Source: Eledone cirrhosa
Lineage: Eukaryota
Length of the DNA stretch: 64,000 bases
Assembly (NCBI GenBank): GCA_964016885.1
Contig: OZ024748.1
Span: 32,550,001 to 32,614,000, forward strand
Reading direction: 5' to 3'
The notes below the pieces were generated by a model that had not been told where the DNA came from, did not search any database, and was given only the letters and a program-made list of their open reading frames with translations. Positions 1 through 15,000 of this stretch are shown here, one piece after another (positions within the stretch are counted from its first letter, which is position 1; the number at the start of each line of letters is the position of its first letter). The position numbers and the translations under genes are program-made.

Positions 1-3000
1 GTAATACTATACTTCTAGACAGGTTATATATTACACACTGCTAAAAGTAATATTATACTTCTAAACTGGTTATATATTACACACGTCTAAAAGTAATACT
101 ATACTTCTAAACTGCTTATATACTACATGCTTCTAAAAGTAATATAATACTTCTAAACTGGTTATATATTACACACTGTTAAAAGTAATAATATACTTCT
201 AAACTGGTTATATATTACACATTGCTAAAATAATACTATACTTCTAAACTGGTTATATATTACAAACTGCTAAAAGTAATACTACACTTCTAAACTGGTT
301 ATATATTAGACACTGCCAAAAGTAATACTATATTTCTTAATTGGCTATATATTACACAATACTAAAAGTAATACTATACTTCTAAACTGGTTATATATTA
401 CACACTGCTAAAAGTAATACTATACTTCTAAACTGCTTATATACTACATGCTTCTAAAAGTAATATAATACTTCTAAACTGGTTATATATTACACACTGT
501 TAAAAGTAATACTATACTTCTAAACTGGTTATATATTACACATTGCTAAAAGTAATACTATACTACTAAACTGGTTATATATTACACACTGCTAAAAGTA
601 ATACTATACGTCTAAACTGGTTATATATTACATGCTGCTAAAAGTAATACTATACTTCTAGACTGGTGATATATTACATACTGCTAAAAGTAATACTATA
701 CTTCTTAACTGGTTATATATTACAAACTGCTAAAAGTAATACTATACTTCTAAACTGGTTATATATTACACACTACTAAAAGTAATACTATACTTCTAAA
801 CTGGTTATATATTACACACTGCTAAAAGTAATACTATACCTCTCAACTGGTTATATATTACACACTGCTAAACGTAATGCTATACTTCTAAACTAGTTAT
901 ATATTACACGCTGGTAAAAGTAATACTATACTTCTTAACAGGTTATATATTACACACTACTAAAAGTAATACTATACTTCTTAACTGGTTATATATTACA
1001 CACTACTAAAAGTAATACTATACTTCTAAACTGGTTATATATTACACACTGCTAAAAGTAATACTATACTACTAAACTGGTTATATATTACACACTGTTA
1101 AAAGTAATACTATACTTCTAAACTGGTTATATATTACGCACTGCTAAAAGTAATACTATACTTCTAAATTAGGTATATATTACACACTGCTAAAAGTAAT
1201 AGTATACCTCTAAACTGGTTATATATTACACACTTCTAAAAGTAATACTATACTTCTAGACAGGTTATATATTACACACTGCTAAAAGTAATATTATACT
1301 TCTAAACTGGTTATATATTACACACGTCTAAAAGTAATACTATACTTCTAAACTGCTTATATACTACATGCTTCTAAAAGTAATATAATACTTCTAAACT
1401 GGTTATATATTACACACTGTTAAAAGTAATAATATACTTCTAAACTGGTTATATATTACACGTTGCTAAAATAATACTTTACTTCTAAACTGGTTATATA
1501 TTACACACTGCTAAATGTAATAGTATACTTCTAAACTGGTTATATATTACACACTGCTAAAAGTAATACTATACTTCTTCTAAACTGGTTATATATTACA
1601 CACTGCTAAAGGTAATACTATACTTCTAAACTGGTTATATATTACACACTGTTAAAAGTAATACTATACTTCTAAACTGGTTATATATTACGCACTGCTA
1701 AAAGTAATACTATACTTCTAAACAGAATATATATAACATGCCGCTAAAAGTAATACATTACTTCTAAACTGGTTATATATTACACACTGATAAAAGTAAT
1801 ACTATTCTTCTAAATTAGGTATATATTACACACTGCTAAAAGTAATACTATACTTCTAAACAGGTTATATATTACACACTGCTAAACGTAATATTTTAAC
1901 TCTAAACAGGTTACATATTACACACTGCTAAAAGACATACTATACTTCTAAACTGGATATATATTACATGCTGCTAAAAGTGATGCTATACTTCTAAACT
2001 GGTTATATATTACACACTGCTAAAAGTAATGCTATACCTCTAAACTGGTTATATATTACATGCTGCTAAAAGTAATACTGTATTTCTAAACTTGTTATAT
2101 ATTACACACTGCTAAAACCAATACAATACTTCTAAACTTGTTATATATTACACACTGCTAAAAGTAACACTATACCTCTAAACTGGTTGTATATTACATG
2201 CTGCTAAAAGTAATACTATACTTCCAAACTGGTTATATATTACACACTGCTAAAAGTAATACTATACTTCTAAACTGCTTATATACTACATGCTTCTAAA
2301 AGTAAAATAATACTTCTAAATTGGTTATATATTACACACTGCTAAAAGTAATACTATACTTCTAAACTGGTTATATATTACAAACTGCTAAAAGTAATAC
2401 TACACTTCTAAACTGGTTATATATTAGACACTGCCAAAAGTAATACTATACTTCTAAACTGGTTATATACTACATGCTGCTAAAAGTAAAATAATACTTC
2501 TAAACTGGTTATATGTTACACACTGTTAAAAGAAATAATATACCTCTAAACTGGTTATATATTAGATGCTGCTAAAAGTAATACTATACTTCTAAACTGG
2601 TTATATGTTACGACTGCTAAAAGTAATACTATACTTCTAAATTAGGTATATATTACACACTGCTAAAAGTAATAGTATACCTCTAACCTGGTTATATATT
2701 ACACACTGCTAAAAGTAATACTATACTTCTAAAATGCTTATATATTACACACTGCTAAAGGTAATACTATACTTCTAAACTGGTTATATATTACACACTG
2801 TTAAAAGTAATACTATACTTCTAAACTGGTTATATATTACACACTGCTAAAGGTAATATTATACTTCTAAACTGGTTATATATTACACTCTGTTAAAAGT
2901 AATACTATATTTCTAAACTGGTTAAATATTGCACACTGGTAAAAGTAATACTATACTTCTAAATCAGGTATATCTTACACACTGCTAAAAGCAATACTAT

Positions 3001-6000
3001 ACTTCTAAACAGGTTATATATTACACAGTGTTAAAAGTAATACTATAATTCTAAACTGGTTATATATTACACACTGCTAAAAGTAATACTATACTTCTAA
3101 ACTGGTTATATATTACATGCTACTAAATGTAATACTATACTTCAAAATTGGTTATATACTACATGCTTCTAAAAGTAATACTATACTTCTAAACTGGTTA
3201 TATATTACACACTGCTAAAAGTAACACTATACTACTAAACTGGTTATATATTACACACTGCTAAAAGTAACACTATACTACTAAACTGGTTGTATATTAC
3301 ATGCTGCTAAAAGTAATATTATACTTCTAAACTGGTTATATATTACATATTTCTAAAAGTAATACTATACTTCTCTAACTGGTTATATATTACACACTGC
3401 TAAAAGTAATACTATACTTCTAAACTGGTTATATATTACACACTGCTAAAAGTAATACTATACCTCTTAACTGGTTATATATTACACACTGCTAAAAGTA
3501 ATACTATACCTCTTAACTGGTTATATATTAGATGCTGCTAAAAGTAATACTATACTTCTAAATTAGGTATATATTACACACTGCTAAAAGTAATACTATA
3601 CTTCTAAACTGCTTATATATTACACTCTGCTAAAGGTAATACTATACTTCTAAACTGGTTATATATTACACACTGTTAAAAGTAATACTATACTTCTAAA
3701 CTGGTTATATATTACACACTGTTAAAACTAATACTATACTTCTATACTGGTTATATATTACATGCTGCTAAAAGTGATACTACACTTCTAAACTGGTTAT
3801 ATACTACATGCTTCTAAAAGTAATACTATAGTTCTAAACTGGTTATATATTACACACTGCTAAAAGTAATACTATACTTCTAAACTGGTTATATATTACA
3901 CTCTGCTAAAGGTAATACTATACTTCTAAACTGGTTATATATTAGACACTGTTAAAAGTAATACTATACTTCTAAACTGGTTATATGTTACACACTGATA
4001 AAAGTAATACTATACTTCTAAATAATGTATATATTACACACTGCTAAAAGTAATATTATACTTCTAAACAGGTTATATATTACACACTGCTAAACGTAAT
4101 ACTTTAACTCTAACCCGGTTATATATTACACACCGCTAAAAGTAATACTATACTTCTAAACTGGTTATATATTACACACTGCTAAAAGTAATACTATACT
4201 TCGAAACTGGTTATATATTACACACTGCTAAAAGTGACACTATACTTCTAAACTAGTTATATACGACATACTGCTAAAAGTAATACTGTACTTCTAAACT
4301 GGTTATATACTACACGCTGCTAAATGTAATACTATACTTCTTAACTGGTTATATATTACACACTGCTAAAAGTAATACTATAGCTCTAAACTGGTTATAT
4401 ATTACACACTGCTAAAAGTAATACTATACCTCTAAACTGGTTGTATATTACATGCTGCTAAAAGTAATACTATACTTCTAAACTGGTTATATATTACACA
4501 CTGCTAAAGGTAATACTATACTTCTAAACTGGTTATATATTACACACTGTTAAAAGTAATACTATACTTCTAAACTGGTTATATATTACACACTGCTGAA
4601 AGTAATACTATACTTCTAAACTGCTTATATACTACATGCTCCTAAAAGTAATACTATACTTCTAAACTGGTTATATATTACACACTGCTAAAAGTAATAC
4701 TATACTTCTAAACTGGTTATATATTACACACTGTTAAAAGTAATACTATACTTCTAAACTGGTTATATATTACACACTGCTAAAAGTAATACTATACCTC
4801 TTAACTGGTTATATATTAGATGCTGCTAAAAGTAATACTATACTTCTAAACTGGTTATATATTACACACTGCTACAAGTAATACTATACGTCTGAAATGC
4901 TTATATATTACACACTGCTAAAGGTAATACTATACTTCTAAACTGGTTATATATTAGACACTGTTAAAAGTAATACTATACTTCCAAACAGATTATATAT
5001 AACATGCCGCTAAAAGTAATACATTACTTCTAAACTGGTTATATATTACACACTGATAAAAGTAATACTATACTTCTAAATTAGGTATATATTACACACT
5101 GCTAAAAGTAATATTATACTTCAAAACAGGTTATATATTACACAATGCTAAACGTAATACTTTAATTCTAAACCTGTTATATATTACACACTGCTAAAAG
5201 TAATACTATACTTCTAAACTGGTTATATATTACACACTGCTAAAAGTAATACTATACTTCGAAACTGGTTATATATTACACACTGCTAAAAGTAATACTA
5301 TACTTCTATACTGGTTATATATTACATGTGCTAAAAGTGATACTTTACTTCTAAACTGGTTATAATCTACATGCTTCTAAAAGTAATAATATAGTTCTAA
5401 ACTGGTTATATATTACACACTGCTAAAAGTAATACTATACTTCTCAACTGGTTATATATTACACACTGCTAAAAGTAATATTATACTTCTAAACTAGTTA
5501 TATATTACACACTGCTAACACTAATACTATACTCATAAACTGGTTATATATTACACAGTGCTAAAAGTAATTCTATACCTCCAAACTAGTTATATAATAC
5601 ATGCTGCTAAATGTAATACTATAACTCTAAACTGGTTATATATTACACACTGCTAAAAGTAATACTATACCTCTAAACTAGTTATATGTTACACACTGCT
5701 AAAAGACATACTATACTTCTAAACTGGATATATATTACATGCTGCTAAAAGTAATACTATACTTCTAAACTGGTTATATACTACATGTTTCTAAAAGTAA
5801 TAATATACTTCTAAACTGGTTATATATTACACACTACTAAAAGTAATACTATACTTCTAAACTGGTTATATGTTACACACTGCTAAAAGTAATACTATAA
5901 TTCTAAACTTGTTATATACTACACACTGCTAAAAGTGATACTATACTTCTAAACAGGTTATATATTACACACTGCTAAAAGTAATACTATACCTCTAAAC

Positions 6001-9000
6001 TGGTTATATATTACATGCTGCTAAAAGTAATACTGTATTTCTAAACTTGTTATATATTACACACTGCTAAAACCAATACAATACTTCTAAACTAGTTATA
6101 TATTACACACTGCTAAAAGTAACACTATACCTCTAAACTGCTTGTATATTACATGCTGCTAAAAGTAATACTATACTTCTAAACTGGTTATATATTACAA
6201 ACTGCTAAAAGTAATACTACACTTCTAAACTGGTTATATATTAGACACTGCCAAAAGTAATACTATACTTCTTAACTGGCTATATATTACACACTACTAA
6301 AAGCAATACTATACTTCTAAACTGGTTATATATTACACACTGCTAAAAGTAATTCTATACTTCTAAACTGCTTATATACTACATGCTTCTAAAAGTAAAA
6401 TAATACTTCTAAACTGGTTATATATTACACACTGCTAAAAGTAATACTATACTTCTAAACTAGTTATATACTACATGCTGCTAAAAGTAATACTATACTT
6501 CTAAACTGGTTATATACTACATGCTGCTAAAAGTAATACTATACTTCTAAACTGCTTATATACTACATGCTTCTAAAAGTAAAATAATACTTCTAAACTG
6601 GTTATATATTACACACTGCTAAAAGTAATACTATACTTCTAAACTGGTTATATATTACACACTGCTAAAAGTAATACTACACTTCTAAACTGGTTATATA
6701 TTAGACACTGCCAAAAGTAATACTATACTTCTTAACTGGCTATATATTACACAATACTAAAAGTAATACTATACTTCTAAACTGGTTATATATTACACAC
6801 TGCTAAAAGTAATACTATACTTCTAAACTGCTTATATACTACATGCTTCTAAAAGTAATATAATACTTCTAAACTGGTTATATATTACACACTGTTAAAA
6901 GTAGTACGATACTACTAAACTGGTTATATATTACACACTGCTAAAAGTAATACTATACGTCTAAACTGGTTATATATTACATGCTGCTAAAAGTAATACT
7001 ATACTTCTAGACTGGTGATATATTACATACTGCTAAAAGTAATACTATACTTCTTAACTGGTTATATATTACAAACTGCTAAAAGTAATACTATACTTCT
7101 AAACTGGTTATATATTACACACTACTAAAAGTAATACTATACTTCTAAACTGGTTATATATTACACACTGCTAAAAGTAATACTATACCTCTCAACTGGT
7201 TATATATTACACACTGCTAAACGTAATACTATACTTCTAAACTAGTTATATATTACACGCTGGTAAAAGTAATACTATACTTCTTAACAGGTTATATATT
7301 ACACACTACTAAAAGTAATACTATACTTCTTAACTGGTTATATATTACACACTACTAAAAGTAATACTATACTTCTAAACTGGTTATATATTACACACTG
7401 CTAAAAGTAATACTATACTACTAAACTGGTTATATATTACACACTGTTAAAAGTAATACTATACTTCTAAACTGGTTATATATTACGCACTGCTAAAAGT
7501 AATACTATACTTCTAAATTAGGTATATATTACACACTGCTAAAAGTAATAGTATACCTCTAAACTGGTTATATATTACACACTTCTAAAAGTAATACTAT
7601 ACTTCTAGACAGGTTATATATTACACACTGCTAAAAGTAATATTATACTTCTAAACTGGTTATATATTACACACGTCTAAAAGTAATACTATACTTCTAA
7701 ACTGCTTATATACTACATGCTTCTAAAAGTAATATAATACTTCAAAACTGGTTATATATTACACACTGTTAAAAGTAATAATATACTTCTAAACTGGTTA
7801 TATATTACACATTGCTAAAATAATACTATACTTCTAAACTGGTTATATATTACAAACTGCTAAAAGTAATACTACACTTCTAAACTGGTTATATATTAGA
7901 CACTGCCAAAAGTAATACTATATTTCTTAATTGGCTATATATTACACAATACTAAAAGTAATACTATACTTCTAAACTGGTTATATATTACACACTGCTA
8001 AAAGTAATACTATACTTCTAAACTGCTTATATACTACATGCTTCTAAAAGTAATATAATACTTCTAAACTGGTTATATATTACACACTGTTAAAAGTAAT
8101 ACTATACTTCTAAACTGGTTATATATTACACATTGCTAAAAGTAATACTATACTACTAAACTGGTTATATATTACACACTGCTAAAAGTAATACTATACG
8201 TCTAAACTGGTTATATATTACATGCTGCTAAAAGTAATACTATACTTCTAGACTGGTGATATATTACATACTGCTAAAAGTAATACTATACTTCTTAACT
8301 GGTTATATATTACAAACTGCTAAAAGTAATACTATACTTCTAAACTGGTTATATATTACACACTACTAAAAGTAATACTATACTTCTAAACTGGTTATAT
8401 ATTACACACTGCTAAAAGTAATACTATACCTCTCAACTGGTTATATATTACACACTGCTAAACGTAATGCTATACTTCTAAACTAGTTATATATTACACG
8501 CTGGTAAAAGTAATACTATACTTCTTAACAGGTTATATATTACACACTACTAAAAGTAATACTATACTTCTTAACTGGTTATATATTACACACTACTAAA
8601 AGTAATACTATACTTCTAAACTGGTTATATATTACACACTGCTAAAAGTAATACTATACTACTAAACTGGTTATATATTACACACTGTTAAAAGTAATAC
8701 TATACTTCTAAACTGGTTATATATTACGCACTGCTAAAAGTAATACTATACTTCTAAATTAGGTATATATTACACACTGCTAAAAGTAATAGTATACCTC
8801 TAAACTGGTTATATATTACACACTTCTAAAAGTAATACTATACTTCTAGACAGGTTATATATTACACACTGCTAAAAGTAATATTATACTTCTAAACTGG
8901 TTATATATTACACACGTCTAAAAGTAATACTATACTTCTAAACTGCTTATATACTACATGCTTCTAAAAGTAATATAATACTTCTAAACTGGTTATATAT

Positions 9001-12000
9001 TACACACTGTTAAAAGTAATAATATACTTCTAAACTGGTTATATATTACACGTTGCTAAAATAATACTTTACTTCTAAACTGGTTATATATTACACACTG
9101 CTAAATGTAATAGTATACTTCTAAACTGGTTATATATTACACACTGCTAAAAGTAATACTATACTTCTTCTAAACTGGTTATATATTACACACTGCTAAA
9201 GGTAATACTATACTTCTAAACTGGTTATATATTACACACTGTTAAAAGTAATACTATACTTCTAAACTGGTTATATATTACGCACTGCTAAAAGTAATAC
9301 TATACTTCTAAACAGAATATATATAACATGCCGCTAAAAGTAATACATTACTTCTAAACTGGTTATATATTACACACTGATAAAAGTAATACTATTCTTC
9401 TAAATTAGGTATATATTACACACTGCTAAAAGTAATACTATACTTCTAAACAGGTTATATATTACACACTGCTAAACGTAATATTTTAACTCTAAACTGG
9501 TTATATATTACACACTGCTAAAAGTAATACTATACTTCTAAACTGTTTATATATTACACACTGCTAAAAGTAATACTATACCTCGAAACTGGTTATATAT
9601 TACACACTGCTAAAAGTAATACTATACTTCTATACTGGTTATATATTACATGCTGCTAAAAGTGATACTATACTTCTAAACTGATTATATACTACATGCT
9701 TCTAAAAGTAATACTATAGTTCTAAACTGGTTATATATTACACACTGCTAAAAGTAATACTATACTTCTAAACTGGTTATATATTACACACTTCTAAAAG
9801 TAATACTATACTTCCAGACAGGTTATATATTACATACTGCTAAACGTAATACTATACTTCTAAACTGGTTATATACTACATGCTGCTAAAAGTAATACTA
9901 TACTTCTAAACTGGTTATATATTACACACTGCTAAAAGTAATACTATACTTCTAAACTAGTTATATATTACATGCTGCTAAAAGTAATACTATACTTCTT
10001 AACAGGTTATATATTACACACTGCTAAAAGTAATACTATACTTATAAACTGGTTATATATTACACACTGCTAAAAGTAATACTATACTTCTAAACTAGTT
10101 ATATACTACATGCTTCTAAAAGTAATACTATACTTCTAAACTGGTTATATAGTACATGCTGCTAAAAGTAATACTATACTTCTTAACTGGCTATATATTA
10201 CACACTACTAAAAGTAATACTATACTTCTAAACTGGTTATATATTACACACTGCTAAAAGTAATACTATACTTCTAAACTGCTTATATACTACATGCTTC
10301 TAAAAGTAATATAATACTTCTAAACTGGTTATATATTACACACTGTTAAAAGTAATACTATACTTCTAAACTGGTTATTTATTACACATTGCTAAAAGAA
10401 ATACTATACTACTAAACTGGTTATATATTACACACCGCTAAAAGAAATACTATACGTCTAAACTGGTTATATATTACATGCTGCTAAAAGTAATACTATA
10501 CTTCTAGACTGGTGATATATTACATACTGCTAAAAGTAATACTATACTTCTTAACTGGTTATATATTACACACTACTAAAAGTAATACTATACTTCTAAA
10601 CTGGTTATATATTACACACTGCTAAAAGTAATACTATACCTCTCAACTGGTTATATATTACACACTGCTAAACGTAATACTATACTTCTAAACTAGTTAT
10701 ATATTACACGCTGGTAAAAGTAATACTATACTTCTTAACAGGTTATATATTACACACTAATAAAAGTAATACTATACTTCTTAACTGGTTATATATTACA
10801 CACTACTAAAAGTAATAATATACTTCTAAACTGGTTATATATTACACACTGCTAAAAGTAATACTATACTACTAAACTGGTTATATATTACACTCTGTTA
10901 AAAGTAATACTATACTTCTAAACTGGTTATATATTACACACTGCTAAAGGTAATACTATACTTCTAAACTGGTTATATATTACACTCTGTTAAAAGTAAT
11001 ACTATATTTCTAAACTGGTTATATATTGTACACTGGTAAAAGTAATACTATACTTCCAAATCAGGTATATCTTACACACTGCTAAAAGCAATACTATACT
11101 TCTAAACAGGTTATATATTACACACTGTTTAAAGTAATACTATAACTCTAAACTGGTTATATATTACACACTGCTAAAAGTAATACTATACTTCTAAACT
11201 GGTTATATATTACATGCTACTAAATGTAATACTATACTTCTAAATTGGTTATATACTACATGCTTCTAAAAGTAATACTATACTTCTAAACTGGTTATAT
11301 ATTACACACTGCTAAAAGTAACACTATACTACTAAACTGGTTATATATTACACACTGCTAAAAGTAACACTATACTACTAAACTGGTTGTATATTACATG
11401 CTGCTAAAAGTAATACTATACTTCTAAACTGGTTATATATAACACATTTCTAAAAGTAATACTATACTTCATGACAGGTTATATATTACACACTGCTAAA
11501 TGTAATACTATACTTCTCTAACTGGTTATATATTACACACTGCTAAAAGTAATACTATACTTCTAAACTGGTTATATATTACACACTGTTAAAAGTAATA
11601 CTATACCTCTTAACTGGTTATATATTACACACTGCTAAAAGTAATACTATACCTCTTAACTGATTATATATTAGATGCTGCTAAAAGTAACACTATACTT
11701 CTAAATTAGGTATATATTACACACTGCTAAAAGTAATACTATACTTCTAAACTGCTTATATATTACACACTGCTAAAGGTAATACTATACTTCTAAACTG
11801 GTTATATATTACACACTGTTAAAAGTAATACTATACTTCTAAACTGGTTATATATTACACACTGTTAAAACTAATACTATACTTCTAAACTGATTATATA
11901 TAACATTCCGCTAAAAGTAATACATTACTTCTAAACTGGTTATATATTACACACTGATAAACGTAATACTATACTTCTAACTTAGGTATATATTACACAC

Positions 12001-15000
12001 TGCTAAAAGTAATATTATACTTCTAAACAGGTTATATATTACACACTGCTAAACGTAATACTTTAACTCTAAACCGGTTATATATTACACACTGCTAAAA
12101 GTAATACTATACTTCTAAACTGGTTATATATTACACACTGCTAAAAGTAATAATATACTTCGAAACTGGTTATATATTAGACACTGCTAAAAGTAATACT
12201 ATACTTCTATACTGGTTATATATTACATGCTGCTAAAAGTGATACTATACTTCTAAACTACATGCTTCTAAAAGTAATACTATAGTTCTAAACTGGTTAT
12301 ATATTACACACTGCTAAAAGTAATACTATACTTCTAAACTGGTTATATATTACACACTGCTAAAGGTAATACTATACTTCTAAACTGGTTATATATTACA
12401 CACTGTTAACAGTAATACTATACTTCTAAACTGGTTATATATTAGACACTGTTAAAAGTAATACTATACTTCTAAACTGGTTATATGTTACACACTGCTA
12501 AAAGTAATACTATACTTCTAAACTGGTTATATATTACACACTGTTAAAAGTAATACTATACTTCTAAACTGGTTATATATTACACACTGCTAAAAGTAAT
12601 ACTATACCTCTTAACTGGTTATATATTAGATGCTGCTAAAAGTAATACTATACTTCTGAAATGCTTATATATTACACACTGCTAAAAGTAATGCTATACT
12701 TCTAAACTGGTTATATATTACAGACTTCTAAAAGTAATACTATACTTCCAGACAGGTTATATATTACATACTGCTAAATGTAATACTATACTTCTAAACT
12801 GATTATATACTACATGCTGCTAAAAGTAATACTATACTTCTAAACTGGTTATATATTACACACTGCTAAAAGTAATACTATACTTCTAAACTAGTTATAT
12901 ATTACATGCTGCTAAACGTAATACTTTAATTCTAAACCGGTTATATATTACACACTACTGAAAGTAATACTATACTTCTAAACTGGTTATATACAACATG
13001 CTTCTAAAAGTAATACTATAGTTCTAAACTGGTTATATATTACACACTGCTAAATGTAATACTATACTTCTCAACTGGTTATATATTACACACTGCTAAA
13101 AGTATTACTATACTTCTAAACTAGTTATATATTACAAACTGCTAAAGTAATACTATACCTCTAAACTGGTTATACGTTACATGCTGCTAAAAGTAATACT
13201 ATACTTCAAAACTGTTTATATATTACACACTGCTAAAAGTAATATTATACTTCTAAACTAGTTATATATTACACACTGCTAAAACTAATACTATACTCAT
13301 AAACTGGTTATATATTACACAGTGCTAAAAGTAATTCTATACCTCTAAACTAGTTATATAATACATGCTGCTAAATGTAGTACTATAACTCTAAACTGGT
13401 TATATATTACACACTGCTAAAGTAATACTATACCTCTAAACTGGTTATACGTTACATGCTGCTAAAAGTAATACTATACTTCTAAACTGGATATATATTA
13501 CATGCTGCTAAAAGTAATACTATACTTCTAAACTGGTTATATATTACACACTACTGAAAGTAATACTATACTTCTAAACTGGTTATATATTACACACTGC
13601 TAAAAGTATTACTATACTTCTAAACTAGTTATATATTACAAACTGCTAAAGTAATACTATACCTCTAAACTGGTTATACGTTACATGCTGCTAAAAGTAA
13701 TACTATACTTCAAAACTGTTTATATATTACACACTGCTAAAAGTAATATTATACTTCTAAACTAGTTATATATTACACACTGCTAAAACTAATACTATAC
13801 TCATAAACTGGTTATATATTACACAGTGCTAAAAGTAATTCTATACCTGTAAACTAGTTATATAATACATGCTGCTAAATGTAATACTATAACTCTAAAC
13901 TGGTTATATATTACACACTGCTAAAAGTAATACTACACTTCTAAACAGGTTACATATTACACACTGCTAAAAGACATACTATACTTCTAAACTGGATATA
14001 TATTACATGCTGCTAAAAGTAATACTATACTTCTAAACTGGTTATATATTACACACTACTGAAAGTAATACTATACTTCTAAACTGGTTATATGTTACAC
14101 ACTGCTAAAAGTAGTACTATAATTCTAAACTTGTTATATACAACACACTGCTAAAAGTGATACTATACTTCTAAACTGGTTATATATTACACACTGCTAA
14201 AAGTAATACTATATCTCTAAACTGGTTATATATTACATGCTGCTAAAAGTAATACTGTATTTCTAAACTTGTTATATATTACCCACTGCTAAAACCAATA
14301 CAATACTTCTAAACTTGTTATATATTACACACTGCTAAAAGTAACACTATACCTCTAAACTGGTTGTATATTACATGCTGCTAAAAGTAATACTATACTT
14401 CCAAACTGGTTATATATTACACACTGCTAAAAGTAATACTATACTTCTAAACTGCTTATATACTACATGCTTCTAAAAGTAAAATAATACTTCTAAATTG
14501 GTTATATATTACACACTGCTAAAAGTAATACTATACTTCTAAACTGGTTATATATTAGACACTGCCAAAAGTAATACTATACTTCTAAACTGGTTATATA
14601 TTACACACTGCTAAAGGTAATACTATACTTGTAAACTGGTTATATATTACTCACTGTTAAAAGTAATACTATACTTCTAAACTGGTTATATATTACTCAC
14701 TGCTAAAAGTAATACTATACTTCTAAACTGGTTATATATTACACACTGCTAAAAGTAATTCTATACTTCTAAACTGGTTATATATTACACACTGCTAAAA
14801 GTAATACTATACCTCTAAACTGGTTATATATTACAGACGGCTAAAAGTAATACTATACTTCTATACAGGTTATTTATTACATGCTGCTAAAAGTGATACT
14901 ATACTTCTAAACTGGTTATATACTACATGCTTCTAAAAGTAATACTATACTTCTAAACTGGTTATATATTACACACTGCTAAAAGTAATACTATACTTCT

